Source: Eledone cirrhosa (Eukaryota). From it: a DNA stretch of 64,000 nt. Below the pieces are notes generated by a model. That model saw only the letters and a program-made list of their open reading frames with translations. It was not told the DNA's origin and made no database searches. Below, one piece after another: positions 56,560 to 64,000 of the stretch. The stretch is taken from NCBI GenBank assembly GCA_964016885.1, contig OZ024743.1, positions 265,298,001 to 265,362,000 of the forward strand. Direction: 5' to 3'. Position numbers and translations under genes: made by a program. Position 1 is the stretch's first letter, and every line of letters starts with the position of its first letter.

Positions 56560-57589
56560 AGTGTGTTAGGTATGGATTTTTGTTTTTGTACAGACATATA
56601 TGCGCTTAGAAACATATATTTATATACACACATTGTCACATACATGCAGACACAAATACATACACATAGATACACATTCATACGCACATATACAACGCAG
56701 CATTTTTTTTCAATTCAATTCAGCGTCATTTATTTTTCCTAGACGCTGAATTCCTTCAAACATTACTTCATTAGAATGTTCTTGTCTCTAGATCGGTGAC
56801 CTCAATTTACGTATATTTTATCAAGCATCAGTAAACCGCTGTTTGCTTAACAGTCACTACTTATAATGCGTTCTCTTAATGCAAAGATGCTGTACAGAAA
56901 TTTATTTGCAACTTTCTCTTACCAATGCCATTATTTGTTTGTTTTAATTCTTTCCTCGAATAAATTATGATTTTCTTATTTTTATACTTTTCCATTAAAT
57001 TTTATTTTCTCGCTTCTACATTTCAAAATTCAGGAAACATTCGAGTTAGAATTACGATACACAAAAATATATTTCGAAGGATACTAATCCTGCACCTAGC
57101 TATTAAAATTCACATTGATTTCGTTTGTTTGTCATTACTTTTGCTATTTATTTCTAGACATAAAACATAATGTGAAAAGCCTCAACGGTTCCTCAAATGA
57201 ATATGTTTCTAGAGGGTATTTTATAATCCGTTGACTGATTTCAGACAGCGTTAATCAAGTGTTTTAGTTGATTTTATTGATTAGAATACTTTCACTATTA
57301 TGATTATGCTTTTGTGTTCTTTCAGTTAAGTCTTCCAGATGTTGGGGTAAAGGCACGTATCTCAACAATTTACACGGAAGTGCTAAAGCAGAAAGAGATT
57401 CATTAAACACAACGTTTCGAAACACATCTAAACACATCATCAATTACATTCTTAATGTATTTTTCCTTCTGAGATCCAATATAAACACTTCTATAGCACA
57501 GTGGATGCCAAAAGACTCCTCTATTATATAATTATGCACACACACACATAAACACTCACCGACATTATGTGATTAATCTGTTTAATTGA

Positions 57590-57650
<61 letters not shown>

Positions 57651-57651
57651 C

Positions 57652-57695
<44 letters not shown>

Positions 57696-57837
57696 TATTC
57701 AAAATATTAATAAATGAAAAATAATCTTATAATCAAAATATATATTTTAATATACATATTCCAAAGTTACAATGGTGTTTAAGTACGTTTTCATCAGATA
57801 AAAGATAAGATTTTATATATATATATATATATAAATC

Positions 57838-58050
57838 GACAGTCAACCAGATTTTGTCAAATCGGACCGAGGAAACTATGTTTCCATTGGTATTTCCAAT
57901 TGCTAATACTATCTATCGGTCGCAATTCCAGGTAGAAGGAGCAGCGTCAAATACAGTGTCTTGCTCAAGGACATAACGCATCGCCAGGTCCGGGAATCGA
58001 ACTTCTAACCTCACTATTATGAATCCAATTCTCTAACCACTCAACCACGC
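57838..58050 (-). mobile_element. tRNA-derived CORE-like SINE
   Basis: Minus strand gcgtggttgagtggttaga...gttcgattcccgg...tgtccttgagcaagacact. Confidence 0.8.
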
Positions 58051-58234
58051 ACGTTCACACACACACACTCATATATATATATGTATGTGGTGTGTGTGCG
58101 CGCGCGTGCGTGTGTGTGTCTGTGTATATGTGAGAGAGAAAGAGTTCCAGGTTCAACCAGAGGTAATCACAGTTAGTAAGATACCCAATACATTTCATTT
58201 GAATGAAACGTTTCTAGACCTGTAGAAGCCATTT

Positions 58235-58430
58235 CTCGCGAACCACGTATGATCCCTCAAGGACTCATGCGTAGAATACTCCATCCTAGGTAAAGCTATT
58301 ACAAAGTCCAAGCCATACGCAAGGGGTAATCCCTCTTGTGGACTGGGCAATGAAGAAAGGATCCTGAGAAGTTACGTAATAACGATTGCCTAAATTCAAG
58401 GAATGAATTTTTTTCACGTCTGGAAACATA
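58235..58430 (+). pseudogene. Naiad-like PLE GIY-YIG C-terminal fragment, decayed
   Basis: LANHV*SLKDSCVEYSI..KAITKSKPYARGNPSCGLGNEERIL / CLNSRNEFFSR aligns with LAEKAWTLRDSDQKFTLKW...CKLCNLE...LLNNRIE...CRH at 63233-63480. Not in the ORF track. Confidence 0.7.
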
Positions 58431-59088
58431 TATTACATAATTACAAAGCTCCAGATTGACTAACATCAACAATCTATAATATACTGAATAACTTGAATAA
58501 TTTATTTCGGACATCCACAGTTATCTCCCTACATCGAGCGATCGTGAGTTTACCTAGCCTAGGAGAAGTGATTGTTTCTGCGCATGCGTATACGTGCGGA
58601 TTTCTTTCCTTTTCCGTACTTCATTCAGACCGAGCTGGGGATCAACATAAGGTGAAACATTTGTTCTCGGTATGGTGAACTAACTGTTGTGGAACTGCTT
58701 ATATATATATGGTCTTATCCACTAGATATTTTGTTTATTGTTTACTCGGTGTATTATTTGCCTATAGGGCATTTGATGATTGCTTTGTGCTTGTTATGTG
58801 TGTGTCTGAGATCGAATTTGTGTGTTTGACGGTCCTACATAATAGATATGGACATACATTCCAACTGCTTACAGAATACATGAAGAAACAATCGTTTTTA
58901 ATATTCAATATTTAACATTTAATATTTGATAGAATTGTTATACCAAACGAAACTGGTTACATTTAATGCAAAAATTATGAAATTATTAATTCTGTTTTTC
59001 ATTCTTTATATATATGAATGGAATAAATGAAATGTCATTTCTCACTCTTAGTACGGCTGATACTTAAATATAAGCATGTATAGGTGCT

Positions 59089-59146
<58 letters not shown>

Positions 59147-60078
59147 TGCATATATAGATTAATATATACATACTTTACTTACAAACACAAACACGAACCT
59201 CCTTCATACTGTTTCCGTCAACTAAATTTCACGGAAGTTATTGTTCATTTCGAATCTAGAAAAGAAAGGATCGACATAATCAGATCTAGCAGGAGAAGCG
59301 AGCGCATATTGCTTTCTTCAGCGTCTGCGTCTGTAAGGAGTTGTAACTGCGGCTTATTTTTACTATCGTATATACAAACACATAAGCACAAATATATTTG
59401 TTCACCATTGAATTCCTGGATTTATCCTACTGCAATACATTGACGGTAAGAAGTTTAACCCATAAAATGCAATCCCAAATGATAGTGTCTGTTTGATAAC
59501 AAATTTTATTTTCCCAAATCTCTCCACGCTGTATTGATTGATCTAGCATCTAAAATTAACACAGATTTATTTCTATACAACAAAGGATTATACAAGGGGC
59601 TTAAATGGGAAATAGAGTTTACTATGCATTCTGTACATTCCGAAGAGAGAATTATGGTATTTTAACAGTAACTCTTTATTCTCACTAATCTTGTTCCGGC
59701 TGGACATTTTTTTTTTTTATCATTTCCCCATTTTGTCCGACGTTACATTCATTCGTATCTTTATTCCTAAGTGAATACAATATCATATTGTCGGATATTC
59801 GAGAATAGGAGAATTAAGCCAGGGAAGAGGAACTATAAGAAGCTGATACATAAATTTGCTAATTTGCTTAGCTCATATTATAATGCATTCTACAATTCAT
59901 ATCTTGGATACGTGAAAGTGATACACGAGCAGCAAATTATTTCCCCTCAATATTTATGAGCGTACACGGGACAAACCAGCGAATACTACATATCTCACAT
60001 GACTCAATTCTCACATTCTGTCTATCTGTTACACTCTCTCCCTCTTATTCCCTCCTTCTCTCTCCTTGTATATACATT

Positions 60079-60143
<65 letters not shown>

Positions 60144-60221
60144 GTGTGTGTGTGTGCGCGCGTGTGTGTGCGCGTGTGTGTATGTGTGTGTGTGTGTGTG
60201 TGCGTGCGTGTGTGTGCGCGC

Positions 60222-60277
<56 letters not shown>

Positions 60278-60840
60278 GTGTGTGTGTGTGTGTGCGTGTG
60301 TGCGTGTGTGTGTGTCTGTCTGTCTGTATAAGCTGATGTTATATGAAAAACACTACCGCCGAAATGTCTCTGATTAAACGAAATGTCTAGAATTCAAATG
60401 AGTTCTCTTATAAAAAGAAATATAATTTAAGTGTGCCACTCACAAAGATTAGAAATGAAAATATTATTTAGACCCAATATACGAATAAATTAACTTAATA
60501 TTTCTTTTACAATTAAGGAAAATTATGAGCTCAACAATTTCATCACCAACATTCTTTCCATTTATTTATTGTCTTATTTGACGTCACTTTTGATCACAAT
60601 GATAATGGAGTAGATATGAATTCTATCATCGAATGGCTATAGCAAAATACAATTCAACGAAATTTGAACACATGAACAAAATAAACGTTTCTTGTGCAAC
60701 AATAAAGAAGGCAAGCAGTATCCATGAATTGTCTATATGTTATTCTTTTACTGGTTTAAGCTACTGAACTGGGACCATGCTTACACATCCCATTCTACTA
60801 TATGCAATTGTTGTTAGTGTTTCCTGATATCCTACTTATA

Positions 60841-61100
60841 TTAACTTTGCCCTTCTTCCTTACTGGGTCGATGAAATAAAGTCCCAGTAATACACTGGGA
60901 TAACGGCTGACCTTGTGCTAAAAGTAGAAACAATTATAATAGTAGTGGATTGACAGTATCGGTAGAGCTCAGACACCATGCTTTTCAGCATCGAGTGATG
61001 GTATTTACGCTGTGAGTTCAAATCCCGGTGAGTTAAACTTTGCCTTTCATCCTTATGGGGTCGATAAAATAAAGCACCAGTAATGCACTGAGGTAATTGC
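60841..61100 (+). mobile_element. Two tandem SINE family 1 copies (one 5'-truncated, one 3'-truncated)
   Basis: Core at 60841-60938 and head plus core at 60944-61100. Confidence 0.85.
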
Positions 61101-62174
61101 ACAAGTAGGTGTACATCAGGGTTCTGTCCTTGTTCATTACAGGATCCCCAAGCCATAACTGAGTAGTTTAAGACTGGTTGCCCATGGTAACTACTCTATG
61201 CTGATGATCTGGTTCTTATAGCAGAATCAGTCGAGGAGCCAGATAATAAATTCTGGCTATGGAAACAGCAGTTGGAATCAAGAGGACTCAGAGTGAACAT
61301 AGCTAAGACTAAAGTGTTGATAAGTAGAAGAGAGGACAAAACCCTGATTCCATCAGGGAAATGGCCATGTTCGATATGTAGAAAATGAACTGGCATAAAT
61401 TCTATAAAATGTACGCAATGCAGATCTTGGGTACACAAGAGATGTAGTGGGATAGCAGGCAAACTAACAGGTAGGGAAAACTACGTATGTTGTAGATGTA
61501 CAGGGAAAGTTGACAGTAGTAATCGCAGTGATAGACACATTTTTTCAAATGCAGGTGGGTTCTATAGAAGTGGTTGATGCTTCCGGTATCTAGGTGATTA
61601 GATTAGCATGGGAGGGGGGTGTTCCGAGGCCATAGTATCTATAATAAGGATGGCTTGGAAGAAGTTTAGGGAGCTGCATCCTTGTTGACAAAGAAGGGTT
61701 TCTCCTTGCGTACGAAAGGCCGGATATATGATGCCTGTGTGAAATGTGCGATGATGCATGGTACGGAGATATGGGCAGCAACTGCAGAGGATATGCGACG
61801 GCTGGAGAGAAATGAAGCAATCATGCTCTGTTGGATGTGCAACGTCAATCTTCGTGAACGACCAAACATAGATGAGTTGAGAGAGAAACTGTGTATAAGA
61901 GGGATAAGTTGTGGTGTGGAGAAGAGAAGACTGAGATGGTATGGACATCTGATGCGCATGTAGGATGACTGCTGGGTAAAGAAGTGCCAAGAAATCCCAG
62001 TAGAAGGAAGACGCAATAGAGTAAGACCACGAAAGACAGGGGCGGAGGTTGTGAGAGCAGACCTCAGATAGCTGAATCTCATGGAGGAGAAGGATGACAA
62101 GTGGAGAGATGCTGTGCTGAATAGGACCCGTCCCACCCTTGCAAGCAGGGACAAGCGGACGTAAAATGATGATG

Positions 62175-62178
<4 letters not shown>
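61100..62178 (+). mobile_element. RTE-type LINE 3' half with PHD-like finger after the RT core, decayed
   Basis: QVGVHQGSVL, LLYADDLVLIAES, GLRVNIAKTK, WPCSICRK..NSIKCTQCRSWVHKRCSG..YVCCRC, KGRIYDACV..MMHGTEIW, RRLRWYGHLMRM; (atg)n tail. Confidence 0.88.
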
Positions 62179-62209
<31 letters not shown>

Positions 62210-62312
62210 AGAAAGATTTGAACGGATACAGTCTAGTTGAAAGGAATTTATTGACACGTGTTTCTGTAACAGTTACATAACCTAAAACAGCTGCTATCTA
62301 CAAAAGTTTTAG

Positions 62313-62370
62313 TTATGCAGACATTCAATATTTCAATGTTATTATTTACTGTCATTTCATCAGAATAATA
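62313..62370 (-). ncRNA. Candidate hammerhead in the 3' terminus of the Naiad-like PLE
   Basis: CTGATGA-aatg...catt-GAAA-tattgaat-GTC; stem I pairs poorly. Confidence 0.45.
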
Positions 62371-63232
62371 TTATTGAGGACCTATTTGGTTTTTATAGAG
62401 AATATTAGGAGGGAGGGGTGAAGTTGTTAGAAGAATAGTTGAGGGAGTGGTTTGTTGATAGCAGTGAGAATTTTTTGGTGGCAGTGAGTAATTAGATTCC
62501 CATCTGTTGTTTTGACACTTTTATAGAATACATTATTGGTTATTTTTCTAAATTTATAGAAGGATTAGAGATAGTAAAGATATGCGTGGTTGGTTTTGTG
62601 TTTGCACTTAATTAACATTTAGACTTAAATTTTTCTTTCAAGTGTACGTATCCTTTCACCCACGCATTCACACACAAATATATTTGCACACCTCTACAAA
62701 ATACATATACTCACATTCACATATTCATACTTACATACATATACAAATGCATACATATATATATACACACATGTATTCATGTACATACATACGCGTTCAT
62801 GTGTATACATTTTCATACTCAACTTATCTTTATATACACACGCATAGACACACACATATATACATACATACTCTAGTCTATGTGTACACATATACATATA
62901 CATACACACCCATACATATATATATATATACACACATATATATATACATATATATATATATATAAGCACTTTAAAACATGAATACACTTACATCCTACTA
63001 TACACATCAAACATATATATATTTACTTATTTATATACATTTTCACATATATATACATACTTATGGACGTTTTTAGACACATTCATTATCGCATATTTGC
63101 ACCTATTTTCATCAGCATATCTTTCCATTATTAGTGTGGTAATTTAAGGTTATTAATATATGTTGAGAAGAGATTGTTTTTATATTTTTCTAACTAGAAT
63201 GAGGTTTATATAGTTGGGGGGATGTCCCTCTT

Positions 63233-64000
63233 TTATGTAATATTCGGCTTGTAGTGGGAAAAAAGGGTTTTAGTTCTGTGACGGCAGAATAATGTTCGTT
63301 CAATTCTGTTATTCAGCAATTTCTTCTTGTGTGTGATTATGTAATAAATCTCAAGATTACATAATTTGCAGAAATTTTGGCTCCTGGAAAAGCTTTGGGT
63401 TTTAGCTAATTTCTCCCATTTTAGAGTAAACTTTTGATCACTATCCCTGAGCGTCCAAGCTTTTTCTGCTAAAGTTGTTACATTTCTTTGGCTCTGGTGT
63501 TTTATTGAGTAAGAATGCCTATATAATCGAGATTTGAACGATGTTGCCGTTGATCCCACGTAATACCACTCGTTGCTTCCGGATTTAATGGTACACTTAC
63601 AAATAATATTTTTTTCCAGGCAGTTATTGCCGAGGGGGCAGTTGTCAGGATAGGTGCAGTTACAGTTGTGTACGCTGGGTTTTCTCTGGAGTAGTATCGC
63701 GGACGAACTTAGGTGTGGTTTATTTATGTTCTGTAGTGTATTGTCTACTGTTTTTTTTGTGTTTTTTGTACTTAAGTTCTTAGTGTTTTCGTTTAACCTT
63801 CTAGTATTGATCTTTTTTATGTGTTGTTCAAGGTTTAACGCTGTAGAGTATGACAGTCTTATAGTGGTTGGGTTTAGGATTTTGTGGTATTTGTGTGATG
63901 TAGGAAAATGTCTCTTAATTATTTTAAAGAAGAGTACTGGTAAATTTGTACTAATGGAACTATTGTATTCGGGGTTATACCATAAGTACTCTTTGCATCG
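63233..64000 (-). CDS. Naiad-like Penelope element ORF, C-terminal 255 codons (RT thumb, Cys-rich linker, GIY-YIG); continues beyond the window
   Basis: Frame is open from 64000: LWYNPEY..TN...IKRHFP.SHKYHKILNPTTIRLSYST...CNC....CPLGNNCLEKNII...YYVGSTATSFKSR..RH...CKLCNLE...LLNNR.E...CRH. The ORF track shows only the part from GTG 63559. Confidence 0.88.
   Translation of the reverse strand, partial: RCKEYLWYNPEYNSSISTNLPVLFFKIIKRHFPTSHKYHKILNPTTIRLSYSTALNLEQHIKKINTRRLNENTKNLSTKNTKKTVDNTLQNINKPHLSSSAILLQRKPSVHNCNCTYPDNCPLGNNCLEKNIICKCTIKSGSNEWYYVGSTATSFKSRLYRHSYSIKHQSQRNVTTLAEKAWTLRDSDQKFTLKWEKLAKTQSFSRSQNFCKLCNLEIYYIITHKKKLLNNRIERTLFCRHRTKTLFSHYKPNIT

Noticed and set aside
58250-58252. In-frame TGA in the Naiad-like relic as selenocysteine
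   Set aside because: It aligns with a conserved Trp, so it is best explained as TGG to TGA decay.
63085-63130. Possible SECIS (ATGA...AAA...GA) downstream of the Naiad-like ORF
   Set aside because: Helix pairing is weak and there is no in-frame TGA in the visible ORF.

Overview
This is AT-rich, microsatellite-dense animal DNA with no recognisable host protein-coding gene. Almost all listed ORFs are (TA)n/(CA)n/(GA)n read-throughs. The SINE repertoire and microsatellite density suggest an octopod cephalopod (inference). The window holds many retroelement relics: two tRNA-headed SINE families, a GC-rich CRE-type non-LTR element, R4/Dong, Tx1-like, two RTE and one CR1/L2-group LINE fragments, and at least three Penelope-like element (PLE) GIY-YIG fragments (two Naiad-like, one Nematis-like). 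The most striking signal is a recurring non-coding architecture: about a dozen short fold-back (palindromic) units from several unrelated families, nearly all within or beside (TA)n tracts. Many carry a complete, degenerate or halved type I hammerhead ribozyme (CUGAnGA...GAAA...NUH), and one family is physically linked to a PLE ORF. Copies of one family fold back at different points, so the hairpins appear to form at insertion. A second notable signal is a 3' tail shared between the dominant SINE and a Tx1-like LINE, suggesting a SINE-LINE partner pair that favours (ATT)n. All calls come from reading the sequence by eye; no database search or folding program was run.
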